From Sminthopsis crassicaudata (taxonomy: Eukaryota), in contig NC_133622.1 of the NCBI RefSeq assembly GCF_048593235.1, positions 243,912,055 to 243,976,054 on the forward strand: 64,000 nucleotides of DNA, in the 5' to 3' direction. Below the pieces are notes generated by a model that was not told where the DNA came from, made no database searches, and was given only the letters and a program-made list of their open reading frames with translations. Position numbers and translations under genes: made by a program. Position 1 is the first letter of the stretch. Each line of letters begins with the position of its first letter. Positions 10,801-21,800 of this stretch are shown here, in pieces.

Positions 10801-13281
10801 ACTCTTTTGTAACTGCCTCCATGCCCCTCTCATGCCTATAGGGTCCATTCTTTTTAATAGGAGCTCCCAAAGACTCCCCACAGAAAGGGTAACTGGCAGG
10901 TGGGGAGCCATAGATGGAGCTGATGTCTAGGAAGGGGGGAGGGAGCTGAGAGCTCACGTGTCAGGGTCGAGGGGATGGCAATGGGAGGAGAAAAGAGGAA
11001 CAAATGAATGAAAGAATGAATTCATGCTGAGTCGTTGCCTTGTGGGACAAAAGGGCCTTTCTGTATCCCAGCTGTCCTACCTGTTTAGAAAAAGACATCA
11101 ATTGGGACTTCTGCTTCTCCCTCATGGCAGACAACCTTCAGTTTCACCAAGACCGTTCTTCCATGTCTAACCTCTTCCTTTTTGCAAATCTTAGTCCAAG
11201 GGAAGCCTGGAGGTAACAGAGAGCCAGTCTGCAGATGCTGAGCCCCCGCCACCTCCGAAGCCGGATCTCAGTCGCTACACGGGCCTCCGGACTCACCTCA
11301 GCCTCGCCACCACGGAGGGTAAGAGTTGGCTGGACACTGCGAGGGCTCCTGAGGCGGTGGGGCAAGCGGGATGGCCAAGGACAGGGGGGTGGGGAAGGGG
11401 AGGTAAAGAAAACGTGATCCCTCTGTCCTCCTGCCATCCCGTGGGAACGGGGCTCGGCAGGATGTGGCTCAGGCCTCTGGAGGAGCTGCGGATTCTCCCT
11501 TGGCCCAGGGCTCTCCAGAAGAGGGTGAAGGTGGGCGGGGTACGGGACGAGCCCGTCCAAAAAGCCCAAGTCCCTTAAGTCCTTTCCTCTTGTGAGACTC
11601 CAAGGAGAGTGCCGGGCCCCGCTACCCTAAAAGTGACATGTGGTCGTTGTGCTTGTGGATTTCTCCCACAGATAGTCTTCTGAGCAAGGACAACCCCCCC
11701 ACGCCCACCATGTACAAGTACAGGCCCGGCTACAGCAGCAGCAGCACGTCCGCGGCCATACCTCACTCCTCAAGCGCTAAGGTACGAGACCTGGCCCGGG
11801 GGAATGGCGGGGATGCTGGCTTCCTTGGGGAGGTGGGAGCCCAGGCCTGTGAGGGGAGGGGGGCTCCCGGGCCAGATCTTGATGTGCTCCTGGGCCTCCT
11901 TCCTCAGCTGAGTCGAGGAGACAGTCTGAAGGAGCCAGCCTCGATCGCTGAGAGCAGCCGCCACCCCAGCTACCGGTCAGAGCCCAGCCTGGAACCCGAA
12001 AGCTTCCGCTCTCCCACCTTTGGCAAAAGCTTTCACTTTGACCCGCTGTCGAGCGGCTCCCGTTCCTCCAGCCTCAAGTCGGCCCAAGGCACGGGCTTCG
12101 AAATGGGCCAGCTGCAGTCGATTCGTTCCGAGGGCACGACTTCCACCTCCTACAAGAGTCTGGCCAATCAGACGCGCAACGGGAGCCTCTCTTATGACAG
12201 CCTGCTCACCCCTTCTGACAGCCCTGATTTTGAGTCGGTGCAGGCAGGGCCAGAGCCAGACCCCCCTTTGGGTTACACCTCTCCCTTCCTGTCGGCCCGG
12301 CTGGCCCAGCAGCGGGAAGCTGAGAGGCACCCCCGCCTGGTGCCCACCGGCCCTCCGCCACGCGAGCCCTCACCCGTGCGGTACGACAATCTGTCGCGCC
12401 ACATCGTGGCCTCCCTTCAGGAGCGGGAGAAGCTGCTGCGCCAGTCGCCTCCTGTCTCTGGCCGGGAAGAGGAGCCCGGACTGGGAGACTCTGGCATCCA
12501 GTCGACGCCGGGTTCTGGCCACGCCCCCCGTACCAGCTCATCTTCGGACGATTCGAAGCGCTCGCCTTTGGGCAAGACCCCGCTGGGCCGCCCAGCTGCC
12601 CCCCGTTTTGGCAAGCCAGAAGGGCTTCGGGGCCGGGGACTGGGGTCCCCTGAGCCAGCCCCAACTGTCCCTTACCTAGGCCGATCCATGTCTTATAGCA
12701 GCCAAAAAGCCCCATCTGGTGTCCCTGAGACAGAGGAAGTTGCCTTGCAGCCATTACTGGCACCCAAGTAAGTATCGGCGCCGCCTGTAGGCTTCCTTTG
12801 CCCTTTGTGCCCCGTATGAGGGGCAGGGCCTTCTGAGCCCGGTTGAGCTCCAGCAAGCCCAGGGGTCGGACGATTTCTTCTGAAGCGTCCTCTTGTCCTT
12901 GTCAGGAAGTAGAGGGCTGTGCCCTGGGTGCCAGGCGAAGGGAGTATGTGAAACCCCTCCACACAGAGCAGGGGGAGTGAATGCTAGGAGAAGCTAAGGT
13001 CCGTTTTTTCTCATGTCCAACGAAGACCGCTGGGGAGACACCGTTTTGAGGGGGTGGCCCCGGGGTGGGTGTGGCCTTCTCACTGCCTGAGCCCCATCTG
13101 TCCTTCCTTCCCCAGAGATGAGGTGCAACTGAAGACTGCCTACAGCAAATCCAACGGGCAGCCCAAGACCTTGGGCTCGGCCTCCCCTGGCTCTGGCCAG
13201 GCCTCCCTCAGCAGTCCCACCCGAGGAGGAGTCAAGAAGGTGTCAGGGGTGGGCGGCACCACCTACGAGATTTCGGTGTGA
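4723..13281 (+). CDS. ZDHHC5: Palmitoyltransferase ZDHHC5, spliced CDS, 5'-partial: join(4723..4844,5631..5788,6787..6959,7084..7186,7601..7692,8582..8714,11195..11318,11672..11781,11908..12767,13116..13281)
   Basis: Exons translate in one frame: [16 protein letters not shown]...DHHC (6793-6804)...TTNEQ...[11 protein letters not shown]...GGTTYEISV* (C-terminal PDZ ligand). All junctions are GT-AG and phase-compatible. The N-terminal ~35 codons are not in the window. Confidence 0.97.
5631..5788 (+). CDS. ZDHHC5: ZDHHC5 coding exon (158 nt), Cys-rich domain
   Basis: ctcag|CTGAAGAG...GTCGAG|gtaagt; [16 protein letters not shown]...[24 protein letters not shown]. Confidence 0.96.
6787..6959 (+). 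CDS. ZDHHC5: ZDHHC5 coding exon (173 nt), DHHC motif
   Basis: cctag|GAATTTGACCACCACTGT...GTCAC|gtatcctt; [22 protein letters not shown]. Confidence 0.96.
6960..7083 (+). other. ZDHHC5: U12-type (minor spliceosome) GT-AG intron, 124 nt
   Basis: 5'ss GTATCCTT matches RTATCCTT; branch-site-like TTCCCTTGAC at 7061-7070, branch A 14 nt before the exon-proximal G of the AG; no polypyrimidine tract. Confidence 0.9.
7084..7186 (+). CDS. ZDHHC5: ZDHHC5 coding exon (103 nt)
   Basis: tgcag|CATGGCA...GAACAG|gtatga; [34 protein letters not shown]. Confidence 0.95.
7258..7460 (-). mobile_element. L1 3' end fragment
   Basis: T-tail, then ...ATACATGCAAAGATAGGTTTCAACATTCACCTTTGCAAAACC (marsupial L1 3'UTR). 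Confidence 0.75.
7601..7692 (+). CDS. ZDHHC5: ZDHHC5 coding exon (92 nt)
   Basis: cacag|GTTACA...CCTAG|gtaaag; [31 protein letters not shown]. Confidence 0.95.
8255..8330 (+). mobile_element. L2 3' end
   Basis: CACAGTGCCTGGCACATAGTAGGTGCCTAATAA. Confidence 0.75.
8582..8714 (+). CDS. ZDHHC5: ZDHHC5 coding exon (133 nt)
   Basis: accag|GTACTTG...ACCAAG|gtgagg; [44 protein letters not shown]. Confidence 0.95.
10241..10468 (-). mobile_element. MAR1-type CORE-SINE with RTE-like tail
   Basis: GTTTAGTCGTTTTCAGTCATGTC...GCCATTTCCTTC...GAAACTGAGGC...CCACCTAGCAGCCCC. Confidence 0.8.
10553..10701 (-). mobile_element. WSINE1-like SINE
   Basis: Full head-to-tail match to the other copies. Confidence 0.9.
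11195..11318 (+). CDS. ZDHHC5: ZDHHC5 coding exon (124 nt)
   Basis: cttag|TCCAAG...GGAGG|gtaaga; [41 protein letters not shown]. Confidence 0.95.
11672..11781 (+). CDS. ZDHHC5: ZDHHC5 coding exon (110 nt)
   Basis: cacag|ATAGT...GCTAAG|gtacga; [37 protein letters not shown]. Confidence 0.94.
11908..12767 (+). CDS. ZDHHC5: ZDHHC5 coding exon (860 nt)
   Basis: ctcag|CTGAGT...CCCAA|gtaagt; [10 protein letters not shown]...[10 protein letters not shown]. Confidence 0.95.
13116..13281 (+). CDS. ZDHHC5: ZDHHC5 last coding exon
   Basis: cccag|AGATGAG...TCGGTGTGA; [17 protein letters not shown]...TTYEISV*. Confidence 0.95.
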
Positions 13282-13560
13282 GCCCTTGGCGCCTCCGTGC
13301 CTACACCAAAGGGCCCTGAGTGGCTACCCTGCTCCCCCCAAGGGGCTCCCCTCTCCTGCATGGACACTTTCAAACCACAGATCCCACGAGGATGAGGAGC
13401 TTTTACAGACCACAACGCTGGAGGCAGGGGACGTGGGGGAGAGTCGGCACTGACTGCCCAGGGCGGTGACTCCTGTCTGAGAATCAGCGTCCTCCCCCCA
13501 GCCCTCCCCACCCCTGGGCCAGACTCAATGGACATTTGTGCAATTGCTTGCCCTGGAGGG

Positions 13561-13706
13561 NNNNNNNNNNNNNNNNNNNNNNNNNNNNNNNNNNNNNNNN
13601 NNNNNNNNNNNNNNNNNNNNNNNNNNNNNNNNNNNNNNNNNNNNNNNNNNNNNNNNNNNNNNNNNNNNNNNNNNNNNNNNNNNNNNNNNNNNNNNNNNNN
13701 NNNNNN
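13561..13706. other. Assembly gap (146 N) in the ZDHHC5 3'UTR
   Basis: Run of N. Confidence 1.
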
Positions 13707-14358
13707 ATACCCTGGGATGAGGAAAGGGGAGGAGAGGGGTGAGCATCAGGAGAGAAAGGGGAGCTCCCCCCACCCCCGCCTGTCCCTGCCCCTCAGACCA
13801 TCAGGAAAAGGGTTGGGATGTGGGGCCTTCCAACCCAGCCCTTCCCTGTGGCCCCTCTTCTCTCCCCTCCCTCCCCCCAGTCATCACCACTGAGGAGCTT
13901 GGGAAGAGGAGAGCGGGGGGAGGGGGTCTTGGGGACGAGTTAGTTTTCTAGTCTCATTGGCACTTGATTTCCTCAGCGGGCGAGGCCCTGCCCCCTGGCG
14001 AAGTAGGAAAGAGTTGGCCTAGCCCAGCTCCCGTATCATTGGATCCCAACCAGCCCCCAAGGGGGCTGAGGAGGCGGGCAGCTTCCCCCCAACTCTCATA
14101 GTTGAGTCTGCAAATTCAAGGCCGGGAGAGAAGAGTCCAAAAAGCAATATTTCTCATCACATGCCAAAAACTGGGAACAGAGAGAGGGGGGCAGGCCCCG
14201 GTCCGAGCCTCTCCGGCTTCCTTGGGGATCACCTTTAGCCCAACTCTCCTGGGTGGCAGGGGATGCCTGGGTCCTGGCTTCAGGAAGAGGGACCTGCCTC
14301 CCTCTTGGCAGAGGCCCTTTTATTTTTTATTCTGATTAGCCATTTTAAACCAACAAGG

Positions 14359-14364
14359 AATAAA
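14359..14364 (+). terminator. ZDHHC5: ZDHHC5 polyadenylation signal AATAAA
   Basis: AATAAA ~1.1 kb after the stop, with a U-rich tract upstream (14318-14331) and a GU/U-rich tract downstream (14400-14412). Confidence 0.75.
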
Positions 14365-15789
14365 AAGAAATCCTGATCTAAATCTGCCACCCTGGATCTG
14401 TGTTCTTTCTGATCTTGCCAGTTCCACCCTCTTGCTGGTGGGAGGTGGCCACTGGGGCCGTGGGGCTCTGGAGGCCCGAGCCTGGGGCAAAGCTGCTTCT
14501 AAGTGATCCCTGCTTGACTTTGGTCTCTTTTAGAAGAAATGAAGTCGACCTGAAGAGAGCCTGAGTTAGGGCAAGTCACAACGAATCATGGGAGCCGGTC
14601 CAGGTTTTCAGGGTGCTTAATCTTGGTTTTGCCTTTGGAAAGGCGGAGCACCCGTGGTGGCTGCCAACTAAGGGCCCTCACCACCGCCCTTATCTGGTCA
14701 AATGTCAGCTGAGGTCGAGGGCCACCTGCTGGCACTGGGGGAGAACTACAGTTACTCTGGCATGACCCCTGCTGCAACAAGTGGGAAGGTTACCCCTCTG
14801 CCAGGTTTAAGGGGAGAAACAAGTCATAGCAGAGAGATTTATGGGAAGGGGAGGGACCACGTACCTTTGCCAGAGCTTTGCCTTGAGAGGCACTGGTTTA
14901 GGACCCACCCTGGTTAAAACCTGTTGCCCAGTTTTTACTCAAACCCGGGCAGCTAAGGCAGGTTGGGCTAGGGCTGCAGATAACCCTGCCTCCAGCGGAA
15001 AGAGACTGGGGCTGCCTAACTGGAATTGTGGAGCCATGTGAGATTAGACAACTTCTCCGAGTCCATTTCCTCAACTGTAAAAATGGGGAGGCTGGGAATT
15101 CTCCACACCTTAAGGTGCTAAGAAACCCACAAGTGGTAGGACTTCTTCCGTCCTAAGCAAAGTGCCAGTTTGATTCTTGCCCTTGATTTTCCATCTGACA
15201 GCAGCACTGTGGCAGGCTCAGTGACTCCCTCCCCCTATTCCATTTGGCATGGCATTCCAACACTTGGCTACCTGTCCTCCAGGAATCAGACCCGGTATTT
15301 GTCCCCGTTCTCAACGGAGCCCACTACGGCCACTCCTCTGCTGAAAACCAGGGCCAACTTAGCATAAACGCAGCATCCGGGACCCTGCCCCTGGAGGAGA
15401 GAAGCACTGGTTCCCAACACCCAAGTGTCACAACTCAGTCAGTTTGATACAATATGATTTTAAAAAAAAAAAGAAACCAAGCCCTAATAAACCAATCCAA
15501 ATCTGAAAAGCAGACAAACTGTACAAAAAGACATGGAGAGAAGGCTCCTTGGGAAGGGAAGAGCGGCTGCCCGGAGAGCCAACCGAGCCGTGCCTTCCCC
15601 AGGCACTGCCCTTCCCACCCCTAATGAATCCACTTCATTCGCCTCCAGCCAGAGCCGGCCTGGCCGGCATCCTTCCCGTCACGGGGGGATGCTCCCAGAG
15701 CCCTGTGTCCTCTAGCCTCCAAGGCTGCTTCGGTTGGCAAGTTCCGCACAGGAGAAAACAGCGCCCCGGCCTGTCGTCTGGTGATCTCG

Positions 15790-15858
15790 TTAACGGAGGC
15801 TACTGCTGCTGCTGGCCTGGGAGCTGCCCATACTGGGATGCTCTGGACTGTGGCGGTT
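15790..15858 (-). CDS. MED19: MED19 exon 5 coding part
   Basis: ccccag|AACCGCCAC...CGTTAA. Confidence 0.94.
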   Translation of the reverse strand, partial: NRHSPEHPSMGSSQASSSSSLR

Positions 15859-18800
15859 CTGGGGAAAAAACAGAAGCAAAAGTAGGGAAACCATCTCGAT
15901 TTCAGGAAGCTCGCCTCAGGCGCTAAACTCGACCTGTCTCGTCCAGCCTTAAAAGGACGAGGAGGCAAAGAGGCTACACGGAGGTAGCGTGGGTGGGGGA
16001 GGAAAGGCCTGGCCTGGGAATCAGGAAAAGGGGGCTCATGTCTCACTCAGCCTGGCCACTGCCTAGTTTGCGTAACCCTGTGGCCTCCCTCGACTTCTGA
16101 GCCTCACTTTACCTCACCAGCACAGCTTGATGGGCTTACTATACCTCAGGCACTCTGCCAGGGGCTGGAAATACAAGAAAACAGTTCCTGCCCTCAAGGA
16201 GCTTCCATTCTACTGAGAATAAATGCAATATCTTGGAGGAGGGAGAGAGCAGAGCAGTCACAGCTGATGGGAAAGCCTCCCTAAAAGGTGGAACCTCAGG
16301 TGAGCCTTGAAGGAAGCTTAAAGACTCTCAAAGTCAGAGGTGGGAAGGAGTGGATTGGGACCACGGCCAGACTGTGCAAAGGCCCAGCTGAGTCTGGGGA
16401 AACGGCCAACAGGCCCTTAGGCCAAAAGTAGACTCTGTGTGTGAAGGAGAAATGGGAAATAAGTCAAGGAAGGCTGAAACCAGACTGTTAAGGCCAAGCT
16501 GAGAAGTTTGGCTCATCTCCACCGAGAGGGAACCATCCATATTTCTGGCCAAAGAGTCTGATGTGACATGGACCTCCCCGTGCCCTCTACCTATTGTGGT
16601 GAAGAGAGGAGAGAAGTGGGAAGCCAGGAGGCCTGGACTGGGATCATGACTGTGAGTGGAAAGAAGGGATGGCTGGGAGAGCTGTGGGGACAACGGATAA
16701 GACTTGATAAGTGACTCCATGTGAGGGGCAGAGAAGGAAGAACCAAGAATGACAGCCCGGGGCGACGCCAGCAACAGAAAACAGACAGAGGAAGACGACG
16801 AGTCCTTTAGAGACACGGAGTCTGAGAGGCCAAGGGACATGCAGGTGGAGAGGTCCGACAGGCGGGTGCTGAGGCAGCCTGGAGCTCAGGAGACAGGTCT
16901 AGAGGTCCGGCAGCTGTCTCCCTGGGGGTGCTCACGGAGTTCTCTGAGACGGGGGAAGAGAGAAGGCGGAGGGTGGGGTGTGCGAGGTCCAGCAAGAGAG
17001 GCCGAGGACTAGCTAAGCAGCTAGGAGGAGAACCGGGAGAGAGCGGGGCAGGAAAACCCGGAGGGGAGAGAGAATACCAAGCCAGAGGAAGTGACGAGCA
17101 CCAAAGGCCACAGAGGCCGCTGGGTCTGGCCGGCAAGAGCTCCTGGGTGCCGAGCGACATGGTCGGAAGGCAGACTGCAGAGGGGGAGCAAGGCAAGGAA
17201 GGAAGCCTTTCTGAGGACCGTGGCAGCAAACAGGAAGAGGAACACGGGATGAGCCAATCACGTGAAGGTTTTCTATGGCTGGGAGATCTGGGCCTACCTC
17301 AGAGTGACAAGCAGAAGGTGAGCAAGAAAGGAGGGAACTGAAGAACAAAGCTCCCCCCAAGAGGGGACCTCGAGATGGGCTCAGGGCACAAAGAAAAAGG
17401 GGCAGCCCTGGCAAAGAGAAGGAGGTGTGAGGCGGCACAGGGAGCAGTTTCCTCAGCGAAGGAGGACGCAAAGTCCCTTGCTGAGAGCGAGGGGGAAAGC
17501 AGGAGGTACAGGAGACTTCCAAGACGAGGTCTGCACCGGTCGCTGCAGGGAGCTTCCTCAACTGTAAAACAGGTATAATCAGTAATACTTGGGTCCCAGG
17601 GCAGTTGTGAGCAAGGCGTTTGGCAACCCTTAGGGCCCTACACAAGGCTGAGCGGCCTACGGTCCCATGGGCTTTCGGCCACAGGTCCAACCTGAGGGAA
17701 AGGACTTGGATTCGCCTTAAGATAAAAACAAGATACACAGGACCTCACTGGGTTACAGGAAGAGACCACTAGCCTACCTTCTTCTTCTTCTTTTCTTTCT
17801 TCTTCCTTTTCCGCTCAGGATCTTCTTCCTTTTTCTTTTTCTTTTTCTTGTGATCCGAATCGGATGGAGTTTCTATAGGAGACAGTATCACCTGTAGAGT
17901 TCCTTATGAACTCAAAAGCCAACATGAAAACTGAGTCAAGGACAACGTTATTTTCCAAGTGGCTTGGAAGGGGCCTCAGGCTCTCCCAGGGACTCAGTGC
18001 CAAGGCCCCCCCAGGGTTCTTCCTGGAGTATAAAGGTGGGGCTCAGCAGGAGCTCTGTGTTAAGAGAATGACCTGGAATCAGGAGACCTGGGTTCGAATC
18101 CCAGCTCAGAGACTTCCTAGCTGTGTGGCCTTGGGCAAGCATTTCCTTTCTTGGGGCCTTGGTTTCCTCAGCTATAAAATGGGGATTATATCCTCGTACT
18201 AGCTATCTGGCAGGGACTTTGTGAGGACAGTGCTCAAGAAGCGTGAGTGCCTACTGTTTTCGGCCTGCTTGAGGGCAGCAAGAATCAGATGCGGAAGATG
18301 TGATCGCCTTCAGGCCTCCGGGAGCAGCCTCTTACCTGGGGGGACAGGGTCTTGCGTCCGGCTCTGTTTGTGCTTATGCTTGTTCTTCTTCTTGGGGGGC
18401 TGGATGTGCATCAGCCGACATTGTTCTGGCAGCTGAAAGAAGGACCCAGAGGTGCCGTGAGTAGAGGCGGAGGCCGCGCCCTCCGTGTCCAGCCCCCCGC
18501 CCCTCTGCCCGAGCCGCAGGACTCACCGGGCCGGCGTGCAGACGGAAGCCCGCCAGCATGGTGCCAGTGATGGGATTGAAAGAGCCCCCCAGAATGGGCG
18601 GTTTCTCGATGAGGGACCGGAGACCGCTGTTGTCGTGGGAGCCCGGCAAGTCGATCATCCCGGGCAGGTCAGGCAGGAAATTGCTCAGCTTCTCCTTCAC
18701 CTTCTTCCCACAGAACTTATTGTAGGCATGCTCCAGGTTGTAGTGCGTGATCAGATTGGTGCTCCCCGTCAGCTCCGTGCTGCCTGTGGAGACAGGGCGG

Positions 18801-21800
18801 GGGACAGGGAGTCAAGGCCCGGGTCTGCTGCTGAGGACCAGAAGCGCGAGCACGCCGACTCTGCCTCCCGAGAGAGCCATCCACGTTGGACTCCCCATTT
18901 GTAAACAAGGAAAGAATGCCAAGCGTCATCAGATGGCCATTTGTCCCTCTCTGCGCTAAGCATTAAGAGTAGGCAAACTTCTTTGCCCTAACTGGCAAAT
19001 GATACCCTTTCTAAGGATACCCTAACCCCGTAGCTCCCCAGGCCACAGACTTCAGTATTACCAGCAACACCAGGACGTCCCGTCCCTTCCTAACCATTGT
19101 GTGCAGCTCTTCATATTCTCTGAGAAAGCCCTAGCATAAGGCTCTGTTCTGAATGCGCCGAGACAAACAACGTTTCCTGAACAGCAGCTCCAATAAGGGA
19201 TGGTACATGAGCCAGGAAGGGCTGAAATAAAGCTTCTCTAACTCTTGGCTTACTTCCTGAAGATCTTTCAGCTTCTTATTCACTGATCAAGAAACAACAA
19301 ACACCTTGACCTAGTTAATTCTCAATTAACGTGGGGGTGAGGAATGGGAATGCTTTATTTATATCGTGCCTAAAGCTCTTGGACTGTAAAAAGATCCCAG
19401 GGGGTGTGATTCTGGAGTCCTTGCTAACGCAATATCCGACCTTGAGCAAGTCTTATCACCGGAAAGGTGGAGTTAAGGAGTTAGGTGAAAGTCAGACAGG
19501 TTTTTACATTTGATCCTGGAGGTCAGCAGAGGGCTGCTGGGGTTTGCTGAGTGGGGGTGACAGGGTGAGATCTGCGCTTCTGGAAGTTCATTTTTTGACA
19601 CTGAAGCGGGCAGGCAGCCCCACGAGGCCCCATAAAGGCCTGCCGCATCAGGATGATGGCAGACTCAGAGGAGGGAAGATGACGTCCACCCGAGCTACTG
19701 GGAAGGTAGTTTTGGCAGGACTGGCAACAGACTGGATACAGGGAGAGGACCTGGCCATGAGCCAGAGTGACTAGAAGGATGGCCAGACTGGCAGCAAGAA
19801 AGAAGTTAGGAGGGAAGTTTTTGGTTTTTGGGGGAAAGATAATGATTCCATTCCGGAATTGTTAAGTTTAAGAGGACGTCCACTTCAGGATGCCCAGAGT
19901 GCTCTGTCTACTGTCTCTGAGCTCTTCCTGAAATGTGGGGAACTTGTTAAAATAAAATACACATAAAAAATAAAATATAAAATAAATAAAAAATAAAATT
20001 ATTAAAAAACCTGAATTATTACCTGTCATATTAAATATGTGTAGTCATATAACTGACATCGGAAGCAAGAATGGCACAGGTAAATAAAGGTACACCCACC
20101 ATAAGGGACTTTCATTAGAGATTTTAAAAACTGTATCATTTATTCCAAATCCCTCTAAGTAATTTTCTCTTCCTTTTAAGATTAAAAAAAAAAAAAAAAA
20201 AGCCATAGTCCACACGGGTTGGCTCCATCTCCTACAATCCACACAGCAACCCTCAGCTGTCAATACTCAAGTTTTTTTCCAGCTCACCAGGGAGCTTGAC
20301 CTATTAATCACTTCATAATGGAACATTCTACTCCACCCCACCCTCACTGCATACTCTTTTTAGGAACACTTGGGATTGAGTACCAGGCTTGGAATCAGGA
20401 AGACTCCTCTTCCTGAGTTCAAATTTAGCCTCAGACTCTTAACAGCTGGGCAGCCATTTCATCCTGTTTGCCTCAGTTTCCTCCTCTGTAAAATGAGCTG
20501 GACAATCTTAAAATTTTATAAAAAAATAAAATTTCCTGGAGAAGGAAATTGTATCTCTACCAAGAACACTCTGAAGTGGCAGGATGTACTGAAAAGAGAA
20601 TTCAACAACCACAATCAAGGGACACTTGAAGGAGGCTCACCTGTGGGCTCAGAGCTGACCAGCATGGCACCTGAGGCCCTTCTACGAGAGGGTCCTTGCC
20701 AACCTTCCATGCCACTTGGTGCTGGCTCCTCCTCTTTCTCTCTCAGGCTATTTTTATGGTCATGGGACTCATGAGACTCACAGCCCAGAGTCTGGCTCTT
20801 CGTCCTCTGCTCTTGGGCCCTGGGAGGCCTCATCCGCCCACCTTCTCGCTTCCACTATTACCTCTGGGCACGCCTCTACCCCAACCCTTATTTCTTTTTC
20901 AAACTCCAATTCTGTCTCCCTCAGCCAATTAGAGAATTTTACTTCATTCCTTCAGTCTTCTCAAAGTCAACTTTTCATTTTTTTCTTTTTTTATAAATTT
21001 AAAAATAAAAATAAATGTTCATTGATCACAGCTGGTGGTACAACGGACAGCGTGCTGGCCTGGAGCCAATCGTTTCAAAGCCAACCTCAGAGGCTTAGCA
21101 GCTGGGACCCTCAACGAGTCACAACCGGTTTGCTTTGATTTCCTCAACTGTAACAGGAGGATAAGTACAACATCCACCTCAGGGATTATTGTGAGGATTA
21201 AATAAGAACAATGTGCAAAAACCCAAACCTACTAAGAACAGAACCTGGCACATAGCAGAGCCTATATATTTTAGGGACGAGGAACTGAAAGGTTAATGAT
21301 CCAACCAGGTTAAGTCACACAGCCAGGATTTAACCTGGGTTTTGGTCTGGTTTTTTTTCCCCCCCTGAGGCTGGGGTTAAGTGACTTGCCCAGGGTCACA
21401 CAGCTGGGAAGTGTGAAGTGTCTGAGGCCAGATTTGAACTCGGGTCCTCCTGAATTCAGGGCTGGTGCTCTAACACTGCGCCCCCTGGCTGCCCCGGTTT
21501 TTGAAGTGAATTCCACACTTCTTACTGCACCAAGTACTACCTTTTTTTGTTAACCAGGTTTAAGCACCGCTGACTCTTCCTTCTCCCTGGCTCCTGTAGC
21601 CAAGCAGTCAGAAAGTTCTCGGGCTACTAACTCCTGTCTACCTGGCCCTCCTCCGACCACTGGGTAGGCTCTTCTTTCTGAGCCAGACCTCTCTCCAGCA
21701 GCCTGCCCAGGGCAATCTGCTCTTCTTTTTCTTCCAGGTTATGAATAACGTCCACGGTGAGCTCAGCAGGAAGCCAGCCACCTGGCTGCTTTGCCACCTC

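Noticed and set aside
11638-12771. 377-aa ORF as a separate gene
   Set aside because: It is two ZDHHC5 exons plus the in-frame intron between them and flanking intron sequence.
21738-21756. Possible 19-nt + strand microexon (ttccag|GTTATG...CCACG|gtgagc)
   Set aside because: It is antisense within MED19 with no supported host transcript; such motif pairs arise by chance.
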